Shown piece after piece: positions 36,498-47,378 of a stretch of 64,000 nucleotides of DNA. The stretch comes from Chloroflexota bacterium (GTDB lineage Bacteria; Chloroflexota; UBA11872; VXNJ01): NCBI GenBank assembly GCA_965207915.1, contig OZ242304.1:406196-470195 (forward strand), read 5' to 3'. Numbering within the stretch: the stretch's first letter is position 1; each line of letters starts with the position of its first letter. Both the position numbers and the translations under genes were made by a program. Below the pieces are notes generated by a model. That model was not told the DNA's origin. It ran no database searches and saw nothing but the letters and a program-made list of their open reading frames with translations.

Positions 36498-37437
36498 TGC
36501 TTGCCTCCAGATCCTCCCCGCGCAGCTTCGCCAGGTCCCGGATCAGATCCCGCTGCTGGCCATCCAGCCCCTTGGGAGTGGTCACGTTCACTTTCACGAA
36601 CAGGTCTCCCCGCTCGCCTTTGCCCATTTGCGGCAGCCCCTTGCCGCGCAGCCGCAGGCGCGCGCCCTGAGATACCTCGGGCGGCACCCGGACCCGCAGC
36701 TTTTCGCCGCCCAGCGTCGACACCACTGCGCGCGTGCCCAGGGCCGCCGCCGTCATCGGGATTGAAATATCGGTCTCGAGATTTACCCCGTTGCGGCGCA
36801 TGCTGGGGTGATCGAGCACCCTGACCTTCAGGAATAGATCGCCGCGGGTGCCGTCCGGACGCACGCCGCCTTCGCCGGCCAGGCGGATCCGCGCCCCGGG
36901 GCGGACCCCGGGCGGAATCTTGACCCGCAGGCGCCGGTTGGCGGTGCCACCGATCCCGTCCGGCGACCGGACCGAAATCATCCGCTGGGAACCGTTGAGG
37001 ATCTCTTCCAGGGTCACGTCGACTTCGTGCGCCACGTCGGCGGCGCGGGCCCCGGCGGACTGGCGCGCGCCCCGGGCGCCGGCGGCGGCGCCAAAACTGC
37101 CGAAGAGCTGCTCGAAGAAATCGGAGAACCCGGCGCCGCCCATCGGCCCGTGCCCGCCGAAGCCGGGGCCCCCGAAACCGGCCTGGCGCATGGCCGCCTC
37201 GAACGAGCCGTGCTGGCGGTAGGCCGAACCGAACCGGTCGTAGCGGGCCTTCTTCTCCGGATCGGAGAGGACTTGGTGGGCCTCGTTGATTTCCTTGAAA
37301 CGGGCCTCCGCCTTGGGGTCCCCGGGATTGACGTCGGGGTGGTACTTGCGCGCCAGTCGCCGGTAGGCGCGTTTGATCGCGTCGGCGTCAGCCGAGCGGT
37401 CGAGCTCAAGAATCTTGTAGTAATCGCGGTACTCCAC
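36487..37437 (-). CDS. DnaJ-class co-chaperone lacking zinc finger (DnaJ2/CbpA-like)
   Basis: 316 aa; J-domain with HPD, G/F-rich linker, no CxxCxGxG repeats. Confidence 0.85.
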   Translation of the reverse strand: MEYRDYYKILELDRSADADAIKRAYRRLARKYHPDVNPGDPKAEARFKEINEAHQVLSDPEKKARYDRFGSAYRQHGSFEAAMRQAGFGGPGFGGHGPMGGAGFSDFFEQLFGSFGAAAGARGARQSAGARAADVAHEVDVTLEEILNGSQRMISVRSPDGIGGTANRRLRVKIPPGVRPGARIRLAGEGGVRPDGTRGDLFLKVRVLDHPSMRRNGVNLETDISIPMTAAALGTRAVVSTLGGEKLRVRVPPEVSQGARLRLRGKGLPQMGKGERGDLFVKVNVTTPKGLDGQQRDLIRDLAKLRGEDLEASNGR

Positions 37438-37439
37438 GG

Positions 37440-37934
37440 TTAGGTTCCGCCTTGCTGGGGCGGTCCCGCCACCTGGACCTGTGCGGGCCGCAGGACGACC
37501 CCGTCGGCCCGGTATCCAGTCCGGACCACGGCCACGATTTGGCCCTCGTCAACTTCGTCGCTGGGCAGGCAGGCCACCACCTCGTGCAATCGCGGGTCGA
37601 AATGCCCCGCCGCCGGGACGGCTTCCAACCCGGCCCGGCCCAGGGTTTCCAGCAACTGGGTGCGCACCATTCCAATGCCGACAGCGAGCTGATCGTCCGG
37701 ATCGGCAGCCGCCTGCAGCGCCCGCTCGAGGTTGTCTAGCACCGGCAACAACCCGGACAGCAATTCCTGCCGGGCACCCGCTACCGCTTCCTGGCGACGA
37801 CGCTCCGAGCGCCGCCGCAGATTCTCCAGGTCGGCCTGCAACCGCAGGATCTGGTTCTGCAGCTCATCGACTCCGCAGGCGTCGTCGGGGGATTCCGGCG
37901 ACGGCCTGGGGGCGGACTCGGAGACCACGCTCAC
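37440..37934 (-). CDS. grpE: nucleotide exchange factor GrpE (copy 2, short)
   Basis: 164 aa; [25 protein letters not shown]...[12 protein letters not shown] GrpE core; overlaps the dnaK stop by 4 bp. Confidence 0.85.
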   Translation of the reverse strand: MSVVSESAPRPSPESPDDACGVDELQNQILRLQADLENLRRRSERRRQEAVAGARQELLSGLLPVLDNLERALQAAADPDDQLAVGIGMVRTQLLETLGRAGLEAVPAAGHFDPRLHEVVACLPSDEVDEGQIVAVVRTGYRADGVVLRPAQVQVAGPPQQGGT

Positions 37935-39841
37935 TTCCCTTCGTCGTCGGCTGCCGAGAACTCCGCGTCGACGACGTCATCGGCATCGGCGGCGGCATCG
38001 TCCGCACCGTCGGGACCGGCCTGGCCGTTGGCGCCAGTCTGGTAGACGCGCTGGCCGATCTCCAGCTGGCGCTGGCTGAGCTCCTCGGTGCGCCGGCGCA
38101 GTTCGGCCAGATCGGGCGCGTCCTGGTCAAGCAGCCCGCGCAGCTCGGCTATCTGGCTCTCAATCTCGCTTTTTTCCTCGTCCGAGAGCTGGTCGCTGTG
38201 CTCATTGACCAGCCGCTCGACTTGGTAGGCGGCGGCATCGGCCTGATTTCGCAAATCGGCCAATTCGCGTCGGTCGCGGTCCTCGCTGGCGTGTCGCTCG
38301 GCATCCTGCACCAGGGCGTCGATCTGGTCCTTGTCCAGGTTGGTCGACGCCGTAATCGTGATTTTCTGCTCCTTGCCGGTGCCGGTGTCCTTGGCCTTGA
38401 CGTTTACGATCCCGTTCACGTCGATGTCGAATGTGACCTCGATCTGCGGAACTCCACGCGGGGCCGGCGGAATCCCCTCGAGCCGGAACCGGCCCAGGGT
38501 CATGTTGTCGGCGGCCATGGCGCGCTCGCCCTGCAGGATGTGGATGTCGACCGCGGTCTGGCCGTCCTCGGCGGTCGAGAAGATCTCGGACTTGGAAGTC
38601 GGGATCGTGGTGTTGCGCTCGATCAGGGTCGTCTTCACCGATCCCAGCGTCTCCAGACCCAGCGAAAGCGGCGTCACGTCGAGCAGGACCACGTCGCGGA
38701 CATCGCCGGTGATTATTCCGGCCTGGATCGCGGCCCCGATCGCGACGACCTCGTCGGGATTGACTGATCGATTGGGCTCTTTGCCGGTGAGTTCCTTGAC
38801 CAGGTCTTGGACCGCCGGCATGCGCGTGGATCCGCCCACCATGACGATTTCGTCGACCTGCTCGGGGGTGATCCCGGCGTCGCGCAGTACCTTGCGAAAC
38901 GGATCCACCATGCGGCGGTTGAGATCGCCGACCAACTCCTCAAAGCGCGACCGGCGCAGGGTAACCGCAAGGTGCTTGGGACCGGTCTGGTCGGCGGTGA
39001 TGAACGGAAGGTTGATCTCGGTTTGCGGGGTCGTGGAGAGTTCGATCTTTGCTTTTTCGGCCGCTTCCACCAGGCGCTGCAGGGCCTGCGGGTCCGAGCG
39101 CAGGTCAATCCCTTGATCGCGCTTGAACTCGTCGACGAGGTGGGCGACGATGCGCTGGTCATAGTCGTCGCCGCCAAGGTGGGTATCACCGTTGGTGGCC
39201 TTGACCTCAAAGACTCCGTCGCCGACCTCGAGCACCGACACGTCAAAAGTCCCGCCGCCAAGGTCCCAGACCAAGATGGTTTCGGCGGACTTCTTCTCAA
39301 GACCGTAAGCCAGCGAGGCTGCAGTCGGTTCGTTGATGATCCGCAGCACGTCCAGCCCGGCGATCGTGCCGGCATTCTTGGTCGCCTGGCGCTGACTGTC
39401 GTTGAAGTACGCCGGGACCGTGATCACCGCCTGCTTGACCTCCTCGCCCAGATACTCCTCGGCGTCGGCCTTCAGCTTCTGCAGGACCATCGCCGAGATC
39501 TCTTCGGGAGTCACGTCGCTGTTTAGCTGCGGGATCCGAATTCGGGCCTCGTTACCCTTGCCGTCAACGATCTCGAACGAGACCTGTTCACGCTCGGAGT
39601 CAACTTCGTCGAAGCGGCGTCCGACGAATCGCTTGGCCGAGTAAATGGTGTTGGCCGGATTCAGCACGCTCTGGCGTCGGGCCAGCTGTCCGACGAGGCG
39701 TTCGCCGTTCTTGGAATAGGCCACCACCGACGGCGTGGTCCGGGCCCCCTCCACGTTGGTGATTACGGTCGGTTGCCCGGCTTCCATGAACGCGACCACC
39801 GAGTTGGTGGTGCCCAGGTCTATTCCGACAACTTTGGCCAT
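37931..39841 (-). CDS. dnaK: chaperone DnaK (Hsp70)
   Basis: 636 aa; [24 protein letters not shown] motifs. Confidence 0.97.
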   Translation of the reverse strand: MAKVVGIDLGTTNSVVAFMEAGQPTVITNVEGARTTPSVVAYSKNGERLVGQLARRQSVLNPANTIYSAKRFVGRRFDEVDSEREQVSFEIVDGKGNEARIRIPQLNSDVTPEEISAMVLQKLKADAEEYLGEEVKQAVITVPAYFNDSQRQATKNAGTIAGLDVLRIINEPTAASLAYGLEKKSAETILVWDLGGGTFDVSVLEVGDGVFEVKATNGDTHLGGDDYDQRIVAHLVDEFKRDQGIDLRSDPQALQRLVEAAEKAKIELSTTPQTEINLPFITADQTGPKHLAVTLRRSRFEELVGDLNRRMVDPFRKVLRDAGITPEQVDEIVMVGGSTRMPAVQDLVKELTGKEPNRSVNPDEVVAIGAAIQAGIITGDVRDVVLLDVTPLSLGLETLGSVKTTLIERNTTIPTSKSEIFSTAEDGQTAVDIHILQGERAMAADNMTLGRFRLEGIPPAPRGVPQIEVTFDIDVNGIVNVKAKDTGTGKEQKITITASTNLDKDQIDALVQDAERHASEDRDRRELADLRNQADAAAYQVERLVNEHSDQLSDEEKSEIESQIAELRGLLDQDAPDLAELRRRTEELSQRQLEIGQRVYQTGANGQAGPDGADDAAADADDVVDAEFSAADDEGK

Positions 39842-39905
39842 CTGCTAGGTGCCTTTCTGATGCGTCCTCTTGGTCTTGGCCAAAGGGACAGGGTTTGGAC
39901 TTTGG

Positions 39906-42323
39906 TCAATGGGTGCGGCGATCCGAATACGGCGACGAACTCAATGCCGCCGCCAGGACTTGGTCCATCGAATCGACGAACGTGAACTTGAATTTGCGGC
40001 GCACGTCGGCCGGGATTTCGCCGACTTCGGAGCGGTTCTCGGAAGGCAGGATTACCTCCCGGATTCCATGGCGCTGCGCCGCAAGCACCTTTTCCTTTAC
40101 GCCGCCGATCGGCAGCACCCGGCCCTGGATGGTCACCTCGCCGGTCATGGCCAGGTCGCCGCGTACGCTGCGGCCCAGAAACGCCGACGCCAACGCGGTT
40201 CCCATCGCAATGCCGGCCGAAGGACCGTCCTTGGGGACCGCGCCTTCCGGCACGTGCAGGTGCACGAACGCGTCGGTGAGCACGTTGGGTTGGAATCCGA
40301 GCCTGCCGGCATGCCGGGTCACGTATGAAAGCGCCGCGTGGGCAGATTCAGTCATGACGTCGCCCAGATTGCCGGTGCAGAGGAATTCGCGCTTGCCGCG
40401 CGACCAGGCGGCCTCAACCGGGAGCAACTCCCCGCCGTGGGCGGTCACCGCCAGACCGTTTACAACGCCGACGCGGTCGCTCGTGTCTTCGCCGCGGTCC
40501 GTGTACGGCGCCGGCCCCAGCAGTTCGCGCAAATCGGCGATCCGCACCACGCGGTGGGCCGGTTCGCCGGCCGCGCGGCGGCGCGCGACCTTGCGGCAGA
40601 CCGCCGCGATCCGGCGTTCCAGCTCGCGTACGCCCGCTTCGCGGGTGTAGCGCTGCACGATCGCGGCCAGGGCCTCGTCGTTGAATCGCAGGCGGGTCTT
40701 GCCGGACGCGGCCAGGCCGTGATCCTTGAGCTGGCGCGGGACCAGGTGGCCCTTGGCAATCGCCATCTTTTCGCGGGCGGTATAGCCTTCCAGGCGGATT
40801 ATTTCGAGCCGGTCGCGCAGTGTGGGAGGGATACCCCATTCGTTGTTGGCGGTCAGCAGGAACATGACCTTCGAGAGGTCGTAGCCAACTTCCAGGTAGT
40901 GATCGGAAAAGTTGCGGTTGTGCTCCGGGTCAAGCGCCTCCAACAGCGCCGACGACGGGTCGCCGCGGAAGTCGCGCCCGATCTTGTCGACCTCGTCGAG
41001 CACGAAAACCGGGTCGACCGCTCCGGCGCGCGCCATGCCCTGGATGATCCGGCCCGGCAAGGCGCCCACATAGGTGCGCCGGTGACCGCGGATTTCGGCC
41101 TCGTCGCGGACGCCGCCCAATGAAACCCGGATGTAGCGACGACGCACCGCCTGCGCGATCGCGCGCCCCAGGCTGGTCTTGCCGACTCCCGGGGGCCCCA
41201 CCAGGCAGAGGATTGGGCTCTGCGATTCGTCGGTCAGGGATCGGACCGCGAGGTACTCGACAACCCGTTTCTTGACCTTCTCCAGTCCGAAGTGGTGGCG
41301 GTCAAGGACCCGGCGCGCGGACTTCAGCCCGACCCGCCGCCGCCGGCTCTGGGCCGGTGGCCACGGGAGGTCCAGGAGGGTGTCGATGTAATTGCGCACG
41401 ACCGCCAGTTCGGGCGAGGCCGGCGATATCCCTTCCAGCCTTTCGATCTCCTTGGTCGCGCGGACGCGGACTGTTTCCGGCATGTTTGAACCGGCGATTG
41501 CCTCCAGCAATTCCTCGCGTTCGTCACCAACCGCGTTGGCGATGCCCAACTCGCGCTGAATCGTGCGAAGCTGCTCTTTCAGGTAGAAATTCCGTTGCGC
41601 GGATTCGATGCCCTCCTGGATCTGGCTCTGGATCGAGGAACGCACGTCCAGCGTGCGGATCCAACCGTTCAGGAGAGCGGTGACCGCGAACATTCGCTCG
41701 TATACGTCGAGTTCTTCCAGCAATTGCTGCTGGTGCTCGGGATCCTCGACCAGCTTGGCGGCGGCCAAGTCGGCCAGATATCCGGCATGGGTAATCCGCC
41801 GGGCCAGCGAGACGACTTCGGGCGCCACCTGGTTGCTCTTTTCGGCGTACTCGTGAATCTGCGTCGACAGCGTGCGCCGCAGTGCCTCCAGTTCGGGACC
41901 GTTGCGCATCGACTCGTTCAGCGGCGTGATCATCGCCACCAGGCCGTCGCCATCGCGCTCGGTGGCCAGAACCTGGGCCCGTTCCTGGCCCTTGAAAAGT
42001 GCCGAGTAGCCGCCGGACGGGATCAGGTATTGGCGGACGAGCGCGCAAACGGTCCCGACGGTGTACAAGTCGGCGTCTTGGGCGTCGCCGGCAGATTGCA
42101 GCAGTAGCACGTTTTGAGCCCCGTCGCGTAGGCGCTCCAGAGCCCACAATGAAGCCGGGTCGGTAACCTGCAGCGGCTGCGAGATGCGCGGGAACGCCAC
42201 CTGCTCGGATAGAACCACGACCGGCAGTTCGGTCGCACCGGTGACGCCCTCGGCGTCAACTTCCAGCGCGTCCTGGGGCATCGAATCAGGAGTCAGGGAG
42301 GCTATCACTTTCTTACTGTGCAA
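39906..42323 (-). CDS. lon: ATP-dependent Lon protease
   Basis: 805 aa; GPPGVGKTS Walker A, Ser-Lys dyad region (PKDGPSAG); the true start is probably downstream of the track TTG, which lies 3 nt after the -10. Confidence 0.93.
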   Translation of the reverse strand: MHSKKVIASLTPDSMPQDALEVDAEGVTGATELPVVVLSEQVAFPRISQPLQVTDPASLWALERLRDGAQNVLLLQSAGDAQDADLYTVGTVCALVRQYLIPSGGYSALFKGQERAQVLATERDGDGLVAMITPLNESMRNGPELEALRRTLSTQIHEYAEKSNQVAPEVVSLARRITHAGYLADLAAAKLVEDPEHQQQLLEELDVYERMFAVTALLNGWIRTLDVRSSIQSQIQEGIESAQRNFYLKEQLRTIQRELGIANAVGDEREELLEAIAGSNMPETVRVRATKEIERLEGISPASPELAVVRNYIDTLLDLPWPPAQSRRRRVGLKSARRVLDRHHFGLEKVKKRVVEYLAVRSLTDESQSPILCLVGPPGVGKTSLGRAIAQAVRRRYIRVSLGGVRDEAEIRGHRRTYVGALPGRIIQGMARAGAVDPVFVLDEVDKIGRDFRGDPSSALLEALDPEHNRNFSDHYLEVGYDLSKVMFLLTANNEWGIPPTLRDRLEIIRLEGYTAREKMAIAKGHLVPRQLKDHGLAASGKTRLRFNDEALAAIVQRYTREAGVRELERRIAAVCRKVARRRAAGEPAHRVVRIADLRELLGPAPYTDRGEDTSDRVGVVNGLAVTAHGGELLPVEAAWSRGKREFLCTGNLGDVMTESAHAALSYVTRHAGRLGFQPNVLTDAFVHLHVPEGAVPKDGPSAGIAMGTALASAFLGRSVRGDLAMTGEVTIQGRVLPIGGVKEKVLAAQRHGIREVILPSENRSEVGEIPADVRRKFKFTFVDSMDQVLAAALSSSPYSDRRTH

Positions 42324-42325
42324 AT

Positions 42326-42354
42326 AGTGTACTTATTGAGCGTGTTGATGTCAA
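42326..42354 (-). promoter_or_regulatory. sigma70-type promoter for lon(-dnaK) : TTGACA-N17-TACACT, overlapped by a HAIR-like inverted repeat (TTGAcaT-N7-gCTCAAt)
   Basis: Minus-strand reading: aaagTTGACAtcaacacgctcaataagTACACTatttgcac; a near-consensus hexamer pair in an AT-rich divergent region. Confidence 0.55.
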
Positions 42355-42407
42355 CTTTTATGACATTCGGTTGATTAAGCGGCTCGCGCGCCAATAAAAT
42401 TCCCGCG

Positions 42408-43727
42408 ATGATCCGTCGAAACCGGATGCTGACACGTCGCCGGGTGCTGGGCGCCGGGCTTGCAGGGCTTTTGCCCGCCGCCTGCCGGCCGGTATCCGAT
42501 GCGCCGTCCGGTCCAACCCCGGAGCCCGCCGGGCCGACCATCGGCGACCCCAACATTGCGCCGCTGCTGGTCGCCTCTCCGGGCGATTCCGAGATCGCCC
42601 GACCGGTGCTGGTGGAATTCACCCGCCAGAACCCCAGCCTGCTGGCGCGCTGGGAGAAGGTCGAAGGCGACTTCACCGCGGTCCTGGAGGCGCGGCTGGC
42701 GACTGCCTCGGCGCCGGACGTGGTCCGGGTGCGGGAAGGCCAGATTGGCCGCTGGCGCCACGCGGGCCTGCTGGCCGGTTTCGGCAATGACGAATTGTTC
42801 GAACAGTTGCCGGCGTTGCTCTACCCTGGCGCGCGGGCGGGCACCTTTGACCCCGACGGCGTTCCCTGGGGAGTCCCGCACTATCACGACGCGATGTTTC
42901 TGGCCTACAACTCGGCCCACTTGGGCCGGGTTGGCGGCAGGGTGCCGGAGACGCTCGAAGAACTTGCCGGATTCGCCAGGGAACTGCAGGCTCGACATTC
43001 GTTGCGCAGCCCCGTCAGCATCAACCTCGCGCCGAAGGCCAACGCCAATCTGCCCTGGTGGGGATTGCTCAAGGCGGCGGCGGTGTCGTTTGAACAGACC
43101 GAGGCGGGCGTCTCCGAGGCGGCGGCGGTGCTGGATGCGCTCCGGGCGATGGTGGTCGAGGACGGAACCCTCGATCCCGGAATCGAACGGCCCGACTACG
43201 ACCGCCTGGCGGATGGGGACTGTGCGTTTGCAATAGTGGGCGCCTACAGCGGACCGCGTCTGCAGTCGGCCGGGGCGCCGATCGCATTTGCCCCGCTTCC
43301 CGGCGTATCCGGGCCGGGCCGGCGCAGCGTCTGCTGGACTCCGGCTTTTGCCCTCGCCAGTCGCCCGCAACCCCATCCGGCGGGGGCGCGACTGGCGGTC
43401 CACCTGGGTTCCATCGACAAATCCGGCGAGTTTTGGGGGCCGCGACATTTCGCCCTTTCCGGCAGCCTGCCGCCCGCCTATCCCGGCCTCTTGAGAGATT
43501 CCTCGGTCAGCGCGCACTTTCGGCGTTGGGTGGATCCGGCGGTCCTGAATTCAGTCCTGGAGCAAGCGGCGCCGGTCGACTTCTTGTGGCAACCCTGGTT
43601 CCAGCCGTGGGAACATCGCTGTCAGGAGCTTGTCATGGACGCCGTGCTGGGGCAGACCGAACCGGTGGCCGCGGCAATGCAGATGTGGTCCGACGCCGCC
43701 ACCTACGGCGACTCGACCGACTCCTAG
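42408..43727 (+). CDS. ABC transporter substrate-binding lipoprotein (family-1 solute-binding, Tat signal), orphan
   Basis: 439 aa; RRRVLGAGLAGLLPAAC Tat plus lipobox; SBP-like; no permease or ATPase genes adjacent. Confidence 0.6.
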   Translation: MIRRNRMLTRRRVLGAGLAGLLPAACRPVSDAPSGPTPEPAGPTIGDPNIAPLLVASPGDSEIARPVLVEFTRQNPSLLARWEKVEGDFTAVLEARLATASAPDVVRVREGQIGRWRHAGLLAGFGNDELFEQLPALLYPGARAGTFDPDGVPWGVPHYHDAMFLAYNSAHLGRVGGRVPETLEELAGFARELQARHSLRSPVSINLAPKANANLPWWGLLKAAAVSFEQTEAGVSEAAAVLDALRAMVVEDGTLDPGIERPDYDRLADGDCAFAIVGAYSGPRLQSAGAPIAFAPLPGVSGPGRRSVCWTPAFALASRPQPHPAGARLAVHLGSIDKSGEFWGPRHFALSGSLPPAYPGLLRDSSVSAHFRRWVDPAVLNSVLEQAAPVDFLWQPWFQPWEHRCQELVMDAVLGQTEPVAAAMQMWSDAATYGDSTDS

Positions 43728-44133
43728 CGGCAACCGGCCCGGACTACGGTCTTGTGGTTGGACCGGACCGGCAATCACCGGGGCCGATGCTGACGCGATG
43801 GTCGCTGAGCGGGTATTGCCGGCATCGGTTGCGAAAACACACCGGTCGCCGAATTCACCGGTTGGGGCTTGCAATATCCCCCGTACCAGGCGCCAGTATG
43901 TCTCAACGCCGGGACGTATACCCCGCGGCCGCGCCCGGCTCGGCGCAATTTCCCGGAAACCGCCGGCCGGATACGTAAGCCTCATACAATAACGGTGAGT
44001 TGATCGGAAGCGCTATTGCAAGGCGCCGGCGAATCGGATCCAAATTGCTATTGACCTGCTCCTATTTCGCGTTTATCAGGCCGGTGTATCCGGTCGGCCC
44101 GCGCATGTAGCACCCGACCCACTACACCGGCCA

Positions 44134-44166
44134 GCAGAGGTAACCCCTCTGCTTTTTTCTTTTTGA
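44134..44166 (+). terminator. Rho-independent terminator (GCAGAGG-taac-CCTCTGC followed by TTTTTTCTTTTT)
   Basis: 7-bp GC-rich stem, 4-nt loop, 12-nt T-tract on the plus strand ~50 bp upstream of aroF. Confidence 0.7.
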
Positions 44167-44215
44167 AGCCCAGCCAACATTCGAACCCAACCCCAGCAGT
44201 AAAGAGAAATCGGAA

Positions 44216-45253
44216 ATGGTAATCGTCACCAAGGTCGGCACTCCGGCCAGTGGAATCGAGCGGATTGAGGAACGCATCCGCGAGGAAGGCCTCAAGCCGC
44301 ACCGAATCGAAGGCTCCACCCTGACCGTGATCGGCGTGATCGGGTCGCCGACCGAAGAATTCCGGGAACAGATGGCGGTGTTTTCCGGCGTTGACCGGGT
44401 ATTGCGGATCGGGCGGCCCTACACCCTGGCCGGGCGCGGCGACGGCCGCACCGACACCGAATTCGAAGTCGGGTCGGCCCAGTTCGGGGGTCCCGGCGTC
44501 ACGATGATCGCCGGCCCCTGCACCATCGAGTCACGCGAGCAGCTGTTTTCGACCGCCAAGGCGGTGAAGGCGGCCGGTGCCTGCGTTCTGCGCGGCGGTG
44601 CGTTCAAGCCGCGGACGTCACCGTACAGCTTCCAGGGTATGGCCACCGAGGGCCTCGAACTCCTGCGCGAGGCGTCCGAGGAGTTCTCGATTCCGACTAT
44701 CACCGAGGTGATGGAACCGGGTCTCGTCGAACAGGTCTCCCAATTCACCGACATCCTGCAAATCGGCGCCCGCAACTCACAAAACTTCCCGCTGTTGCGC
44801 GAAGCCGGACAGAGCGGGCTGCCGGTGATGGTCAAGCGCGGTCCTTCGAGCACGATCGAAGAATGGTTGCTCTCGGCCGAATACGTCTTGGCCGCCGGCA
44901 ATCCCAAGGTGCTGCTCTGCGAGCGTGGAATCCGCACCTTCGAGACATCCACCCGCGCGACCCAGGACATTTCCGCCATCGCCATGGCCAAGCGCCTCTC
45001 GCACCTGCCGGTGATCGTCGACCCGGCGCACGGGACCGGCAAGTGGTACCTGGTGGAAGCAATGACCCTGGCCGGCGTGGCGGCCGGCGCCGACGGAGCA
45101 ATGCTCGAAGTGCACCCCGAGCCCGACCACGCCATCTGCGACGGCCCGCAGAGCCTCACGTTCGCCAATTTCGAACAGGCGATGCGACGGCTCCGGCAAA
45201 TGTCCGATGCGCTGGGTCGGCCGTTGCGCGAACCGGCGTTAGCCGCCGCTTGA
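44216..45253 (+). CDS. aroF: 3-deoxy-7-phosphoheptulonate (DAHP) synthase, type I-beta with N-terminal ACT-like regulatory domain
   Basis: 345 aa; KDO8PS/DAHPS I-beta core (GPCTIESREQ...KPRTSPYSFQG...RGIRTFE...DPAH) preceded by a ~80-aa ferredoxin-like domain. Confidence 0.88.
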   Translation: MVIVTKVGTPASGIERIEERIREEGLKPHRIEGSTLTVIGVIGSPTEEFREQMAVFSGVDRVLRIGRPYTLAGRGDGRTDTEFEVGSAQFGGPGVTMIAGPCTIESREQLFSTAKAVKAAGACVLRGGAFKPRTSPYSFQGMATEGLELLREASEEFSIPTITEVMEPGLVEQVSQFTDILQIGARNSQNFPLLREAGQSGLPVMVKRGPSSTIEEWLLSAEYVLAAGNPKVLLCERGIRTFETSTRATQDISAIAMAKRLSHLPVIVDPAHGTGKWYLVEAMTLAGVAAGADGAMLEVHPEPDHAICDGPQSLTFANFEQAMRRLRQMSDALGRPLREPALAAA

Positions 45254-45255
45254 GA

Positions 45256-46560
45256 ATGAAATTGCCTCATCCGGGGATGGCTTCGGCCATAAATGCGGCC
45301 TCGGCCGTGCGGGGCCGCATACAGGTGCCGGGCGATAAGTCGATAACCCACCGGTCTCTGCTGCTGAACGCCCTGGCCCGGGGCGGCGCGCGGGTTCGCG
45401 GTGCCGGGCTCGGTGGAGACTGCCGCTCCAGCATCGCCTGTCTGCAGGGCCTGGGGGTAAGCGTGCTCCGGGATGGTGACCAGCTTGTCATCGACAGCCC
45501 CGGCGTAGATGGTTTCGACGAGCCTGCGAGCCCCCTCGATTGCGGAAATTCGGGCACCACGATGCGGCTGCTGCTGGGACTGCTGGCCGGATGCGGCCGG
45601 TTCGCGGTGGTGGTCGGAGACGATTCGCTCTCGGCCCGTCCGATGGGCCGCGTGGCCGGCCCGTTGCGCCGCATGGGGGCCCGGATATTTGGCCGCGGCG
45701 GCGGAGAACTGGCCCCGTTGGCGGTCCTTCCGGCCTCGCTGTCCGGGACCCAAATCGACGTTCCGGTCGCGTCGGCGCAGGTTAAGAGCGCGCTGCTTAT
45801 CGCCGGTCTCAACGCTGACGGCGTCACTCGAATCAGGCAACCGGCCCGGTCGCGCGATCACACCGAAATCATGCTCGCGGCGATGGGCGCTGGACTAGAG
45901 ATTGATGGCGCCGAGCTGGCGATCGAGGGCGGCCAGCGGCTGGAGACGATCGACGTGGACGTGCCGGGGGATTTTTCTTCGGCCGCGTTCTGGCTCGTGC
46001 TGGGCGCCAGCCACCCCGATGCGAGCCTGGAGATCGCCAACGTCGGCATCAACCCGACCCGCGCCGGCACGCTCTCCGTCCTGAAACGCATGGGGGCCAA
46101 GATTGCGATCGATCCCAACCCCGCCGGGGCCGAGCCGTCAGGAACCCTGGCGGTGGACAGTTCGTCCCTCAGCGCGACCGAAATCGGCGGCGCCGAGATT
46201 CCGATCCTCATTGACGAAATTCCGGTGCTGGCGGTGGCCGCTACCCAGGCCGAAGGCACCACGAGGATCCGCGACGCCGGTGAGCTTCGCGTGAAGGAGA
46301 CCGACCGAATCTCGGCTACGGTCAGTAACCTGGCGGCCATGGGCGCCCGTATCGAAGAGTTGCCCGACGGGATGGTAATCGAGGGTCCCACGCCGCTGAG
46401 CGGGGCGCGGCTGGATTCACACGGCGACCACCGGGTCGCGATGGCGATGGCGGTGGCCGCGAGCATCGCCGGCGGGGAAAGCCGGATCGACGATGCGGCC
46501 GCGGTGAACATCTCCTACCCCGGGTTCTTTGACGAGCTAGGCCGGGTCTGCGCAGCCTGA
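45256..46560 (+). CDS. aroA: 3-phosphoshikimate 1-carboxyvinyltransferase (EPSP synthase)
   Basis: Track ORF is N-extended; conserved start region ...VPGDKSITHRSLLL; ~435 aa. Confidence 0.9.
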   Translation: MKLPHPGMASAINAASAVRGRIQVPGDKSITHRSLLLNALARGGARVRGAGLGGDCRSSIACLQGLGVSVLRDGDQLVIDSPGVDGFDEPASPLDCGNSGTTMRLLLGLLAGCGRFAVVVGDDSLSARPMGRVAGPLRRMGARIFGRGGGELAPLAVLPASLSGTQIDVPVASAQVKSALLIAGLNADGVTRIRQPARSRDHTEIMLAAMGAGLEIDGAELAIEGGQRLETIDVDVPGDFSSAAFWLVLGASHPDASLEIANVGINPTRAGTLSVLKRMGAKIAIDPNPAGAEPSGTLAVDSSSLSATEIGGAEIPILIDEIPVLAVAATQAEGTTRIRDAGELRVKETDRISATVSNLAAMGARIEELPDGMVIEGPTPLSGARLDSHGDHRVAMAMAVAASIAGGESRIDDAAAVNISYPGFFDELGRVCAA

Positions 46561-46562
46561 CC

Positions 46563-47378
46563 GTGCGATTCGCCGTACTTGGCTACCCGATCGGTCATTC
46601 GCTTTCGCCGCCCATGCATGAGGCTGCGTTCGCCGGCGCCGGCCTTGCCGCCAGTTACGAAGCGCTTTCGGTGCTCCCCCAAGAGCTGGAAAGTCGGCTA
46701 GACGAACTGCGCAGCGGCCGTTGGAACGGGTTCAACGTGACCATTCCGCACAAGGTCGCCGCGCTGGAGCTGGCCGACGATCCGGACCCGCTGGCCGTTC
46801 GGATCGGAGCCGCGAACACGCTCTGGTGCCGCGAGGGGCGGATCCGCGCCGGCAATACCGATATCACCGCCATGCGCGAGATCATCGACTCTGCCCGAGT
46901 CGGGTCCGACGCCCCGGCCGTGTTGATCGGGGCGGGCGGTGCGGCCCGGGCGGCGCTGCTGGCCCTTTCGGAATTCGATCGCCTGACGATCTTGAACCGG
47001 ACCCCGGCCAATGCCCGGGCGCTGGCCGCCGAGTTGTCGCCGGGTGCCCGCGTTCTCTCCCTGGACGACCCGGCCGGCGCCGAAGCGGCGCGAGCCGCCA
47101 CGCTGATTGTCAACGCCTCCAGCATGGGGATGACCGGCGGTCCGGCGGCCGGCCGCTCGCCCCTGCCGGAAGGCTGTCTGGGCCGCCACCACGTGGTGTT
47201 CGACATGGTCTACCGTCCGGTGGAGACCCCGCTGCTCGCTGACGCCCGCAAAAGCGGCGCCCGCACCATCGACGGCCTGACAATGCTTGTCCTGCAGGGT
47301 GCGGCCAGCTTCTCGATCTGGACCGGTCGCGACCCGGACAGGGCGGCGATGCGACGCGCCTGCGAGCGGGCGCTGTGA
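46563..47378 (+). CDS. aroE: shikimate dehydrogenase
   Basis: 271 aa; VLGYPIGHSLSPPMHEAAF... NTD, GAGGAARA NADP motif. Confidence 0.9.
   Translation: MRFAVLGYPIGHSLSPPMHEAAFAGAGLAASYEALSVLPQELESRLDELRSGRWNGFNVTIPHKVAALELADDPDPLAVRIGAANTLWCREGRIRAGNTDITAMREIIDSARVGSDAPAVLIGAGGAARAALLALSEFDRLTILNRTPANARALAAELSPGARVLSLDDPAGAEAARAATLIVNASSMGMTGGPAAGRSPLPEGCLGRHHVVFDMVYRPVETPLLADARKSGARTIDGLTMLVLQGAASFSIWTGRDPDRAAMRRACERAL

Noticed and set aside
44170-44200. GGTTCGAAT T-psi-C-loop-like motif on the minus strand, suggesting a tRNA
   Set aside because: Flanking sequence cannot form a T-arm or acceptor stem. The putative tRNA body would overlap the aroF start codon. Judged a chance match.
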